A stretch of 64,000 nt of DNA, from NCBI GenBank assembly GCA_963824385.1, contig CAWGPD010000002.1, positions 128,001 to 192,000 of the forward strand, in the 5' to 3' direction. Below the pieces are notes generated by a model, which saw nothing but the letters and a program-made list of their open reading frames with translations, was not told where the DNA came from and searched no databases. The DNA comes from an uncultured Nitrososphaerota archaeon (GTDB lineage Archaea; Thermoproteota; Nitrososphaeria; Nitrososphaerales; Nitrosopumilaceae). Made by a program: the position numbers and the translations under genes. Positions 33,304 through 42,751 of the stretch are shown here, one piece after another (position 1 is the stretch's first letter; each line of letters opens with the position of its first letter).

Positions 33304-33699
33304 ATGGCTCGAAAAAGAATAAGAATAGACTTGGAAGATTCGGACGGTGCCAAGTACAACTTTAGCTTAGAAGGTAATGTTACACGTGAGAAGATGCTAA
33401 AGATATTTGAATTAATGAATTTGATAAATATAGAAGAGCCAGAAACGGCTGCTCAGTTAGATTCCATAGGAGCCAAGATATGGCATATTGTAGACAAGAA
33501 TTTCCCAATAGGCAAGTTCACATCATCTATGATCTTGGAAAAATATGAGGATGAATACACAGAACCAATCAAACTAAGTGTAATCTCCACATATCTCTCT
33601 AGATTTGCCGTAAAGGGTAAGGTAGTAAGGGAGAGACAGGGAAAAGAATGGGCCTACCAGATACTAAAGATAGCCCAGAGGGAAAAGAGTACGACTTAG
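33304..33699 (+). CDS. oriC-adjacent winged-helix protein
   Basis: FTSS.ILEKYE..Y.EPIKLSVISTYLSR...G...R.R.G..W.Y winged-helix pattern. Confidence 0.75.
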   Translation: MARKRIRIDLEDSDGAKYNFSLEGNVTREKMLKIFELMNLINIEEPETAAQLDSIGAKIWHIVDKNFPIGKFTSSMILEKYEDEYTEPIKLSVISTYLSRFAVKGKVVRERQGKEWAYQILKIAQREKSTT

Positions 33700-33848
33700 G
33701 AGATTACTACCTTTTTGACCACTAGGTGGTCGCCATCGATAGTTATTTTGACATAATCTCCCTTTTGGAGTTCCAGAAACTTTCTAAAGTCCTTTGGGAT
33801 GGAAATCGTTCCTGCAGTAGTAATTTTGATTAATTGCTCATTAGACAT
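33696..33848 (-). CDS. AbrB/MazE/SpoVT-family DNA-binding protein (50 aa)
   Basis: MSNEQLIKITTAGTISIPKDFRKFLELQKGDYVKITIDGDHLVVKK; not in ORF track. Confidence 0.85.
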   Translation of the reverse strand: MSNEQLIKITTAGTISIPKDFRKFLELQKGDYVKITIDGDHLVVKKVVIS

Positions 33849-34023
33849 GTTATTACATTATAAGAACAATAATTTAAGAATTTACTATTAATTATAATTA
33901 TTAAATTATAATGATTTTCTATAACTTTGACAAAAAATCAAGGGTCTGATCACCAAATCAACCAAAAATTACTTGGGATGAAAATCTAATTTCCTGATCT
34001 GCTAACTATTGATATCCTAAAAA

Positions 34024-34581
34024 TTATTGAGCCGAGACCATCTTTACGACCCCTATCCTTGTAAGGCCTTTCTCAGTTATTTTATAAGTAAAGGGTTTTG
34101 TTGACATGTCTCTTTCAACCAAACCGTCCTCAAATAACTTCTTTAACATACGTGATGTGTGTTCTCTAGTCCTTCCTATTGTGACCTGGATGTCACGTGA
34201 TGTCATTGGTTTTTCTGTGATTAATCGTAGGACGTGTTCAGTAGCATTACCATACTGCATATTCTGTATTCTTTCCTTTGGTTTCTCTTCTTTGACCACT
34301 ATAGGATCTTGTTGTATTTTTTGCTCCTTTTGCTTTGGAATTTGTGCCTGAGGATTTTCCTGTGGCTCTGGTGTCATTTCTAATGAATCTAAACGAATTT
34401 TCATATCTATTAGTAAATTTTCATAATATTGTAGACGCTCTGTTAGAATTTTTGCATTTTCTGACTCTGGCATTAATCGAGGCTTTACCTTGTTGTATAT
34501 TGTAACTGCCACAAGTCCACCAATAAAAGAAGCAAATACGCCTAAAATCACTCCTACATCTGGGATATCTACTAACATCAC
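34024..34581 (-). CDS. Membrane-anchored coiled-coil/winged-helix (MarR-like) protein
   Basis: N-terminal TM (VILGVFASFIGGLVAVTIY), coiled coil, then MTSRDIQ..IGRTREHTSR.LKKL...GLVER...PF.Y.ITEKG. Confidence 0.8.
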   Translation of the reverse strand: MMLVDIPDVGVILGVFASFIGGLVAVTIYNKVKPRLMPESENAKILTERLQYYENLLIDMKIRLDSLEMTPEPQENPQAQIPKQKEQKIQQDPIVVKEEKPKERIQNMQYGNATEHVLRLITEKPMTSRDIQVTIGRTREHTSRMLKKLFEDGLVERDMSTKPFTYKITEKGLTRIGVVKMVSAQ

Positions 34582-34660
34582 GATGTAACGTCAGATGATG
34601 TGATTTATCATATTTGAGTAAAATTATTTTACATCTTACATATCAATATCAAACATATTT

Positions 34661-34835
34661 TATCACAACATATCACAACCGCTTTATGGATTATTCCTAT
34701 TTTTGAACCTAAATTACAACTTGCATGTTCGATTTAGTAGACTCTTGTATCACAACCATGACTTCTTCCTCACGTTCAGGAAAAACATCACTACTTTTTA
34801 TCACAGAGATTTGCTCAGAGAGGCGATTTATCACA
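34661..34835 (+). repeat. Cluster of TATCACA(AC) direct repeats
   Basis: TATCACAAC at 34661, 34671 (tandem, 10-bp spacing) and 34748; TATCACA at 34799 and 34829. Confidence 0.7.
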
Positions 34836-35107
34836 TCCATATCATCAGAACTAAGCACGCCTAGACCTCTAAGAAGTATCCATGAATAGCATAGAGAAGT
34901 TAACTTGTCCCTAGATTGGCTTACTTGTCGATAAAATGCCCCTTTACTGATAGTAAACTGCGAGTCTGCAAGGTTCTTACGTTTTAAAATAATTTCAATT
35001 TGTCTCTCAGTAAATAGTGATTTTTTTATAATTTGCCTAATAATATTACTAAAATTATCATCAGAGGGTTTGCTCATAGTTATACAAATCTGTATAACTT
35101 TATTCAA
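34709..35107 (-). CDS. Hypothetical protein with Tfx-like HTH
   Basis: SLFTERQIEII...ISKGAFYRQVSQSR pattern; probable frameshift near the C-terminus. Confidence 0.65.
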   Translation of the reverse strand: MNKVIQICITMSKPSDDNFSNIIRQIIKKSLFTERQIEIILKRKNLADSQFTISKGAFYRQVSQSRDKLTSLCYSWILLRGLGVLSSDDMDVINRLSEQISVIKSSDVFPEREEEVMVVIQESTKSNMQVVI

Positions 35108-35137
35108 TTAAACTTTTAATCAATAGATATTCAACCA

Positions 35138-35893
35138 TTGCATATGCAAAAGACAGAAGAATATCTTCATGCTACTAGAAAGAAAAAGGGAACACTACTC
35201 TTTGTATTGATTGATTCTGAAAACTCTACAGGACATTCAGCTTCTACTCTAGCAATGGAGGCTGAAAAGAATGGCGCATCAGCAGTTCTAGTTGGTGGTT
35301 CATCAGCTACTGATCAACTCACCATGACTGAGACAGTAGCTAGTATCAAAAAAGCAGTCAAAATTCCTGTAATTCTCTTTCCTGGAAATGTTACAGGTGT
35401 AGTTCCTGGTGCAGATGCAATACTTTTTAACTCGCTTTTAAACTCGGATAATCCATACTTTATCTCACAGGCACAAGCCTTGGGGGCACCAAGTGTTCTA
35501 AAATTTGGCCTTGAGGCACTTCCTACAGCCTATATCATTATTGGTGAAGGAACCACAGTTTGGCATGTAGGTTCAGTAAGAACAATTCCATTTGACAAGC
35601 CAAGTTTAGCAGTCATGTATGCTCTCTCTGCTCAATTCATGGGAATGCGATTTGTATATCTTGAAGCAGGCTCTGGAGCCAAATCTAATGTAAAACCTGA
35701 GATGGTTGCAGCTGTAAGGAAGCTTTTCAAAGGATTTCTAATTGTAGGAGGAGGCATTCGTAGCCCAGAAACTGCTGAAGAGATTGCCAAGGCAGGTGCA
35801 GATGCTATAGTAATTGGTACTTTACTTGAGAAGGAGGGAAGTTTTAAGACCATTTCCGATATCGTAAAAGCCATCCAATCTGTAAGGAAATAA
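35138..35893 (+). CDS. Geranylgeranylglyceryl phosphate synthase (GGGPS)
   Basis: LID.E, LVGGS, PVILFPG, YLEAGSGA, VGGGIRS and GAD.IV.GT motifs. Confidence 0.93.
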   Translation: MHMQKTEEYLHATRKKKGTLLFVLIDSENSTGHSASTLAMEAEKNGASAVLVGGSSATDQLTMTETVASIKKAVKIPVILFPGNVTGVVPGADAILFNSLLNSDNPYFISQAQALGAPSVLKFGLEALPTAYIIIGEGTTVWHVGSVRTIPFDKPSLAVMYALSAQFMGMRFVYLEAGSGAKSNVKPEMVAAVRKLFKGFLIVGGGIRSPETAEEIAKAGADAIVIGTLLEKEGSFKTISDIVKAIQSVRK

Positions 35894-35894
35894 C

Positions 35895-38800
35895 ATGTCA
35901 GAGAACCTAGCATTGAGACTCAAAGAGGTCCCAATGCCTCGAGACTATTTTGATTATTATACAAAAATATCTGAAGAAGTTTTTACTATCTTTGGACAAG
36001 CCGCTTCTGCCAAGGCAACACTTGCAGATTCTTCTGGTATGGTAGAACCAAAGATTGCTTTTGATCTTGCAGACCGTGTATCCAAAATGCACGACATTGA
36101 TGTAACTGATAATCTACGGGCCCTTATTCAAAATACTCCAAAGGAATTAGCTGCTCTAAAACTTGCAGAGGATATTGCACAGGGCAAATATTCTGGACCA
36201 GATACAGATCTCCAGACAAAACTTGATCTTGCCGTACGTGTGGCTCTTGCTATCGTTACCGAAGGTGTTACCATTGCTCCTCTTCAGGGAATAAGCGAGG
36301 TTAAGATCAAGAAAAATGCAGACGGTTCTGAATACCTCTCTGTATCATTTGCAGGTCCTATCAGGTCAGCAGGAGGTACAGAGGCAGCAGCTACAATGTT
36401 AATTGCAGATCATGTACGAAAGATAGCTGGACTTGGAAAATACAAGGCAAACTCATTTGATGATGAGACCGGACGATTTGTAGAGGAATTAAGGGTATAC
36501 GAAAGAGAAGTTGGAAGTTTTCAATTTCATGTTCCTGATCAAGATGTAGTAAGTGTTATCTCAAATCTTCCAGTTGAACTTGATGGCGTAGATACTGACC
36601 TTGTAGAAATTGTAAGTCATAGAAATATGGTAAGAATAGGTACCAATAGGGTAAGAGGCGGAGCCCTTCGTGTACTAAATGATGGTCTGATTGGAAGATC
36701 TCGTAAACTACTCAAACTCATAGAATTGTACAAACTTGATGGTTGGGACTGGCTCAAAGACCTGAAAGGGGCAATCCAGACAGGTGATGCAGATGCAGCA
36801 GCTCATCGTATGAGAGAAGTGATTACAGGAAGATCCGTTCTTTCCATGCCTAAGAAGCTTGGGGGATTTAGGTTAAGATATGGCCGTTCATGCAATACTG
36901 GATTTGCCTCAATTGGCATCCATCCCGTAGTTGCAGAGATACTAGATCATGCCATAACTGTTGGAACCCAGATTAAACTTGATGTTCCTGGAAAAGCCTC
37001 TACTGTAGCCTTTGTAGATTCTATTGATACACCAATTGTGAGGCTAACTAACGGTAATGTTGTAAAAATTAAAGACACTGCTCACGGAATTCATCTCAAA
37101 CCACAGATTGCAAAAATTTTGCATCTTGGTGACATTTTGATTAGCTATGGCGATTTTCTAGAAAATAATGCCGAGCTTGTACCAACTGGATATGTGGAAG
37201 AATTTTGGGCCCAAGAACTACTAGACAAAGTAACCAAATACGAACCAAATGATACTGAACTTCTAAGCTATGTAAACAAGATACCAGATCTGGAAGAAGC
37301 ATTTAGGATATCATTAAATTTTGGTATTGGCCTTCATCCACAATATCTCTACTATTGGGATCAAATCACAATTGATGAATTTGAAAAAATTCTAAAACCA
37401 ATTAAATTTGAATCTGACCTTATCATTTATCCAATTGATGCCAAAGATATTCTAGAAAAACTTGGTGTTCCACATGAAGTTGCTGGCGACACTCTACTTT
37501 TAAAAAACATAGAAGCCAAGATATTTTTCTATTTGTTATTTAGAAAGCCAATTCAACTTGAGAAGGATCTTACCGTTCCACAAATCATAACTCAATCATC
37601 TGGAATACGAATTCCAAATAAATTTTCAACATCTATTGGAGTAAGAGTTGGAAGGCCTGAGAAAGCTGCACTAAGAAAGATGAAACCTCCTGTTCATACT
37701 CTATTTCCAGTTGGAAACAAGGGAGGGGCATCACGCGATTTGCTAAAGGCTGCAAAACAGCCAGACTTTTACTGTAACATATACAATAGATTTTGCAAAA
37801 ATTGTAATGTTCCTACTATTAGCATAGCATGTCCCAAATGTAAAACAAAAACAAGCACAATTTTCATATGTAAAAAATGTAGAGATGAACTTAATACCAA
37901 TTATTGTGCAAAATGTAAATCACGAGCATATGGTCATTCATACCGTTCATTTCCTCTCAAAGATCTCTTGATTGCTGCACAAGAAAGAACTGGATTTAGA
38001 GCCCAAGAGCCATTCAAAGGCGTAAAGGAGCTCATAAACCAAGACAGGGTACCTGAACCACTTGAAAAGGGTCTGATAAGGCAAAGCCTTGGGCTTAATG
38101 TCTTCAAAGATGGAACAATTAGATTTGATACAACAAACGCTCCTCTATCACACTTCAAACCTTCTTGGATTGGAACCACTCCGCAAAGACTAGTAGAATT
38201 AGGATATACACATGATACAAACGGAAAACCACTTGAAAGCTCTGATCAACTTGTTGAACTTAGGGTACAAGATGTTGTAATTCCAAAAGAATGTGGTGAT
38301 AGTCTTGTTTTTGTCTGTCAGTATATTGATAGAGAACTTTCAAAGCTTTTTGGACGTCTACCATTTTACAATGTCAAAAGTACTGATGATCTAGTAGGAC
38401 ATCTCATAATCGGTCTTGCACCACATACATCAGTTGGTATAGTGGGTAGAATTATTGGATATACCAATACACAAGTATGTCTTGGAACTGCGGTATGGCA
38501 TTCTGCAAAAAGACGTGATGCAGATGGTGATGCAGATTCTATCATGTTACTAATGGATAGTCTACTTAATTTCTCAAGATTGTTCTTGTCTGATAGAATA
38601 GGTGGACTGATGGATGCACCATTGCTTGTTCAACCTATTGTAATTCCTCAAGAAGTACAAAGACAGGCTCATAACTTTGAGGTAGTAAAAGCATATCCAC
38701 TTTCATTCTTTGAAGCTACTCTTAGAAGAGATAAAGCAAGTGAGATCAAAGACGTCGAGATACTAAAATCAAGATTAGAGACAGAAAGACAATTTCTTGG

Positions 38801-39269
38801 ACATGATTTTACACATCCTACCTCTACTCTGACTACATCAAAATCAAGAAGTGCATATTCCACACTTGGTTCATTACTTGAAAAACTTGACATGCAAATT
38901 AGAACTGCAGATATCATAAATGCTGTTGATCCAAGTGAGGTAGTTTCAATGGTGATGACTACTCACCTACTTCCTGATATCATGGGTAACCTTCGAGTCT
39001 ATTCTAGCCAATCATTTCGATGTACTGCTTGTGGTGCAAGTTACCGAAGAGTTCCCCTTGCTGCAAAATGCCTTGAATGTGGACATAAGTTAATTCAGAC
39101 CATGACTAGGCCATCTGTACAAAAATATCTCAAGCTTGCAAAAAGAATGCTCGATAAATACACAATTTCCCCATATCTTAGAGGGAGGGTAATTTCTCTC
39201 TTAGATGAATTAGAACTAGTCTTTGGTAAAGAGGAAAGCAATCAATCTATTCTTACAGATTTTGCCTAA
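35895..39269 (+). CDS. polC: DNA polymerase D large subunit DP2
   Basis: FAGPIRSAGGT, GGFRLRYGR, LAPHTS.G..GRIIG, KRRDADGDAD catalytic motif and Zn fingers; no intein seen. Confidence 0.97.
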   Translation: MSENLALRLKEVPMPRDYFDYYTKISEEVFTIFGQAASAKATLADSSGMVEPKIAFDLADRVSKMHDIDVTDNLRALIQNTPKELAALKLAEDIAQGKYSGPDTDLQTKLDLAVRVALAIVTEGVTIAPLQGISEVKIKKNADGSEYLSVSFAGPIRSAGGTEAAATMLIADHVRKIAGLGKYKANSFDDETGRFVEELRVYEREVGSFQFHVPDQDVVSVISNLPVELDGVDTDLVEIVSHRNMVRIGTNRVRGGALRVLNDGLIGRSRKLLKLIELYKLDGWDWLKDLKGAIQTGDADAAAHRMREVITGRSVLSMPKKLGGFRLRYGRSCNTGFASIGIHPVVAEILDHAITVGTQIKLDVPGKASTVAFVDSIDTPIVRLTNGNVVKIKDTAHGIHLKPQIAKILHLGDILISYGDFLENNAELVPTGYVEEFWAQELLDKVTKYEPNDTELLSYVNKIPDLEEAFRISLNFGIGLHPQYLYYWDQITIDEFEKILKPIKFESDLIIYPIDAKDILEKLGVPHEVAGDTLLLKNIEAKIFFYLLFRKPIQLEKDLTVPQIITQSSGIRIPNKFSTSIGVRVGRPEKAALRKMKPPVHTLFPVGNKGGASRDLLKAAKQPDFYCNIYNRFCKNCNVPTISIACPKCKTKTSTIFICKKCRDELNTNYCAKCKSRAYGHSYRSFPLKDLLIAAQERTGFRAQEPFKGVKELINQDRVPEPLEKGLIRQSLGLNVFKDGTIRFDTTNAPLSHFKPSWIGTTPQRLVELGYTHDTNGKPLESSDQLVELRVQDVVIPKECGDSLVFVCQYIDRELSKLFGRLPFYNVKSTDDLVGHLIIGLAPHTSVGIVGRIIGYTNTQVCLGTAVWHSAKRRDADGDADSIMLLMDSLLNFSRLFLSDRIGGLMDAPLLVQPIVIPQEVQRQAHNFEVVKAYPLSFFEATLRRDKASEIKDVEILKSRLETERQFLGHDFTHPTSTLTTSKSRSAYSTLGSLLEKLDMQIRTADIINAVDPSEVVSMVMTTHLLPDIMGNLRVYSSQSFRCTACGASYRRVPLAAKCLECGHKLIQTMTRPSVQKYLKLAKRMLDKYTISPYLRGRVISLLDELELVFGKEESNQSILTDFA

Positions 39270-40588
39270 CGAATTTTTATGTAGTCATAGCCGCCATGCT
39301 TGCTTTCAAAGCAATAGCGAACTTTCTGAAAGTCTTTTCTAAATTTCCTAACCTGTGTTGCTATCTTTTTCTTGTCTTTTTTATCTATTACAACCTTTTT
39401 GATAAATTCAGCAACTTCTTCCATATCTGATTCTTTCATACCAAGACGTGTTAACTCTGCAACACCAAGTCTCATTCCACCTGGATGAAAGTAATTGCGT
39501 CCAGCCTTGATATCTCCTGGTATGAGTTGTCTGTTAACGATAATGTTTGCTTTTTCAAGATCTGCCTCAATTGTTCCACCATCGCCAAATGAAAGTACAT
39601 TTACTACTATCTGGTGAGATTTTGTAAATCCACGTTTTTCACCAAGTACTGAAAAACCAAATGAGTGAAGAGCCTCTGCAAGAGCTTTTGCATTTTTAAT
39701 TACCTGTACTGCATATTTTTTGCCAAATTCTAACATCTCTGCATAAGCAATTGCCTTTCCTGCCATGTGATGTAAGTGATGATTACTAGTCATTCCTGGA
39801 AATGTTGCCTTTTTGATGCTTTCACCATATTTTTCAAATGAGCAGATCATTCCACCCTGTGGACCAAACAAAGTCTTGTGTGTACTCATTGTCATTGCAT
39901 CTGCGCCTTCTCTTAGAGGATCTTGGAATTGTCCACCTGCAATAAGACCTGCAACATGTGCACCATCATAATTGACAAACATATTGTAACCTTTTAGAAA
40001 ATCTGCAAGTTCTTTTACTGGATGTGGAAACAAAAAGACTGAACCACCAAACATTGCTAATTTAGGAATTCTTCCAGCCTTTTCAAGTTCTTGTACTTTT
40101 TGTTTTGTCTTGTCAACATCAATTGTCATCTCTTCAGCATCAAATGGATAGAACTCTATGTCTAGTCCATGAACAAGACCTGCAGTACCTGCATGTTCTT
40201 TCTTACCATGAGATATGTGACCACCTGATGGAATTGAAGGAGCAAGCATTATGTCTCCTGGATTTGAAAATGCTGAATAGATAGCTAGATTTGCAACAAC
40301 ACCTGAAATTGGTCTTACATCAACAAACTCTGCCTTGAATAATTTTTTTGCTAATTCCATGCACTTGAATTCTACTTTATCAATGTAGGTACAACCAGCA
40401 TAAACTCGCTCACCTGGCCAACCCTCTGCATATCGGTTAGCAAAGTCAGAAACTGTTGCCTCACGAACTGCGGGACTAGTAACATTCTCACTTGCAATTA
40501 GAGGAATTGAATCTGCAAACCACTGATTATGAGTTTTGAGCAAAGAAAGTACTTCGTCATAAGATGATCGCGGTGAAGAACGAGACAT
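39266..40588 (-). CDS. glyA: Serine hydroxymethyltransferase
   Basis: LIASEN, RYAEG.PG.R.Y.G, GGHISHG and STHKT.FGPQGG; the likely start is the ATG at 40588 (MSRSS), not 40726. Confidence 0.95.
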   Translation of the reverse strand: MSRSSPRSSYDEVLSLLKTHNQWFADSIPLIASENVTSPAVREATVSDFANRYAEGWPGERVYAGCTYIDKVEFKCMELAKKLFKAEFVDVRPISGVVANLAIYSAFSNPGDIMLAPSIPSGGHISHGKKEHAGTAGLVHGLDIEFYPFDAEEMTIDVDKTKQKVQELEKAGRIPKLAMFGGSVFLFPHPVKELADFLKGYNMFVNYDGAHVAGLIAGGQFQDPLREGADAMTMSTHKTLFGPQGGMICSFEKYGESIKKATFPGMTSNHHLHHMAGKAIAYAEMLEFGKKYAVQVIKNAKALAEALHSFGFSVLGEKRGFTKSHQIVVNVLSFGDGGTIEADLEKANIIVNRQLIPGDIKAGRNYFHPGGMRLGVAELTRLGMKESDMEEVAEFIKKVVIDKKDKKKIATQVRKFRKDFQKVRYCFESKHGGYDYIKIR

Positions 40589-40714
40589 GTCTAGTTCGAA
40601 CATTTTTCCTAATTTAAAAACATCGTTCAGAATTGGTTGAAAATTATCTATTTCAAGTGTAAATGCTTTTGATCTACATAAGACATAATAAGGGAAAATC
40701 GACCTCTTGCAAAT

Positions 40715-42415
40715 ATGTCTATTCAATCTTCTTCTGGCGGTATACCAGTTGTTATTCTAAAGGACGGTGCTCAACAAACCAAGGGTCGTGACGCTCAGAA
40801 AAACAATATTGCTGCAGCAAAACTGATTGCTGAGATTGTTCATTCAAGTCTTGGTCCACGAGGAATGGATAAAATGCTTGTTGATTCCTTAGGTGATGTT
40901 ACAATTACAAATGACGGTGCTACTATTCTAAAAGAAATTGATGTTCAACACCCAGCTGCAAAAATGCTTGTTGAGATCTCAAAAGCAACTGATAATGAAG
41001 TGGGTGACGGAACAACTTCTGCTGTAGTTCTTGCAGGTGCATTATTAGAAAATGCCGAGTCTTTAATTTTACAAGATGTACATCCAACAATTGTCGTTGA
41101 TGGTTATAGAAAAGCTGCCCAAAAAGCAGTGGAACTATTAGAAAAAATTGCCGATAAAGTATCTCCAACTGATAAAGACGTACTTGAAAGAATCGCAAGA
41201 ACATCAATGCAGACAAAACTTGTCAGAAGAGATTCTGCAAACTTGGCTGATATGATTGTAAAATCTGTACTTGCAGTTGCTGAGAAAAAAGGTGATGGTT
41301 ATCTAATCGATATTGATGATATTAAAGTAGAAAAGAAAGCTGGCGGTTCTATCAAGGACTCTTCTCTTACCAAAGGAATTATCCTTGACAAGGAAGTCGT
41401 TCACAGTGGAATGCCAAAGAAAATTGACAATGCAAAGATTGCACTAGTCAATAACGCACTAGAAATAGACAAAACCGAGTTTGATGCCAAGATAAACATT
41501 ACAAATCCACAACAGATGAAATCATTTCTTGATGAAGAGCAAAGAATGATCAAAAACATGGTAGACAAGGTAATTGCTTCAGGTGCAAATGTTCTATTCT
41601 GCCAGAAAGGAATTGATGACATGGCACAGCATTATCTTGCAAAAGCAGGAATACTTACAGTAAGAAGAATAAAAGAAAGTGATATGACAAAACTTGCAAA
41701 AGCAACAGGAGCTAGATTGATAAGCAATCTTGATGATTTATTTGAAAAAGATCTTGGTTCTGCTGAAATAGTAGAAGAAAGAAAAGTAGAAACCGATAAA
41801 TGGACTTTCGTTGAAGGCTGTAAACATCCAAAAGCAGTTACTCTTCTCCTAAGAGGCGGTTCTCAACGAGTAGTTGATGAAGTAGAAAGGTCAGTTCATG
41901 ATGCATTAATGGTTGTAAAAGATGTAATGGAAAAACCATTCATAGTAGCAGGTGGAGGAGCTCCAGAGACTTATGCTGCAACAAAATTGCGTGAATGGGC
42001 AAAAACACTAGAAGGTAGAGAACAACTTGCGGTAGAAAAATTTGCAGATTCTTTAGAAGTAATTCCAATTACACTTGCTGAAAACGCTGGAATGGATCCA
42101 ATTGATACATTGGCATCATTACGATCAAAACAACTCAAAGGAAACAAATGGACAGGTATTGATGTTATGAAAGGTCAAGTTGCAAGTATGCATGCCAGCG
42201 ATATCTTTGAACCATTATCTGTCAAGATCCAAATTATTACATGTGCAACTGAAGCTGCATCAATGATATTAAGAATCGATGATGTTATTGCCACTGCAAA
42301 ATCTGCAGGACCACCGCCAGGAGCTGAAGGAATGGGAGGCATGGGCGGAATGGGTGGTATGGGAGGCATGGGCGGAATGGGTGGTATGGGAGGCATGCCA
42401 CCAATGGATATGTAA
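40715..42415 (+). CDS. thsB: Thermosome (group II chaperonin) subunit
   Basis: [23 protein letters not shown] and GGGAPE motifs; GGM tail. The alpha/beta assignment is tentative. Confidence 0.93.
   Translation: MSIQSSSGGIPVVILKDGAQQTKGRDAQKNNIAAAKLIAEIVHSSLGPRGMDKMLVDSLGDVTITNDGATILKEIDVQHPAAKMLVEISKATDNEVGDGTTSAVVLAGALLENAESLILQDVHPTIVVDGYRKAAQKAVELLEKIADKVSPTDKDVLERIARTSMQTKLVRRDSANLADMIVKSVLAVAEKKGDGYLIDIDDIKVEKKAGGSIKDSSLTKGIILDKEVVHSGMPKKIDNAKIALVNNALEIDKTEFDAKINITNPQQMKSFLDEEQRMIKNMVDKVIASGANVLFCQKGIDDMAQHYLAKAGILTVRRIKESDMTKLAKATGARLISNLDDLFEKDLGSAEIVEERKVETDKWTFVEGCKHPKAVTLLLRGGSQRVVDEVERSVHDALMVVKDVMEKPFIVAGGGAPETYAATKLREWAKTLEGREQLAVEKFADSLEVIPITLAENAGMDPIDTLASLRSKQLKGNKWTGIDVMKGQVASMHASDIFEPLSVKIQIITCATEAASMILRIDDVIATAKSAGPPPGAEGMGGMGGMGGMGGMGGMGGMGGMPPMDM
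42332..42394 (+). repeat. (MGG)7 coding repeat of the chaperonin tail
   Basis: 27-bp unit ATGGGAGGCATGGGCGGAATGGGTGGT duplicated. Confidence 0.9.
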
Positions 42416-42448
42416 TTAAAAAAGCCCACATTTCTCTCAAAGGTTTAT

Positions 42449-42751
42449 TTGACTATTCTAAATAGGAATTCTATGCAGTTAGGTGGAACTAAAATTCTAG
42501 CCGGTGCAAAATTTATCTATCTAATAGCATTCTTTGCACTGCTTTCTGGAGCGTTTTATCCTATAATCACTCATAGCAGCTGGGATATTGTAATTCTAGG
42601 AACTTTAATTCTCTTTGTAGGTCTTGCAGGAACTGTTTCTATCTATAAAGCAGCTACTGCTGAAAGGCACAAGAAAGCCTATCTCATTATAGGTTTGGTC
42701 ATAACTTCACTTGCATTGTTCCTTGTGTATGGTGCAATAGGAAGAGGCTAG
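42449..42751 (+). CDS. Small three-TM membrane protein
   Basis: Three hydrophobic segments. Confidence 0.65.
   Translation: MTILNRNSMQLGGTKILAGAKFIYLIAFFALLSGAFYPIITHSSWDIVILGTLILFVGLAGTVSIYKAATAERHKKAYLIIGLVITSLALFLVYGAIGRG

Noticed and set aside
35895..39269. Intein in DP2 (or cdc48/cdc6)
   Set aside because: Lengths are normal and no intein splice or LAGLIDADG motifs are seen.
40589..40726. 46-aa N-terminal extension of GlyA
   Set aside because: It runs through the divergent glyA/thermosome promoter and overlaps the thermosome start; the ATG at 40588 is more plausible.
42332..42394. GGM repeat as a novel repeat element
   Set aside because: An ordinary chaperonin C-terminal tail.
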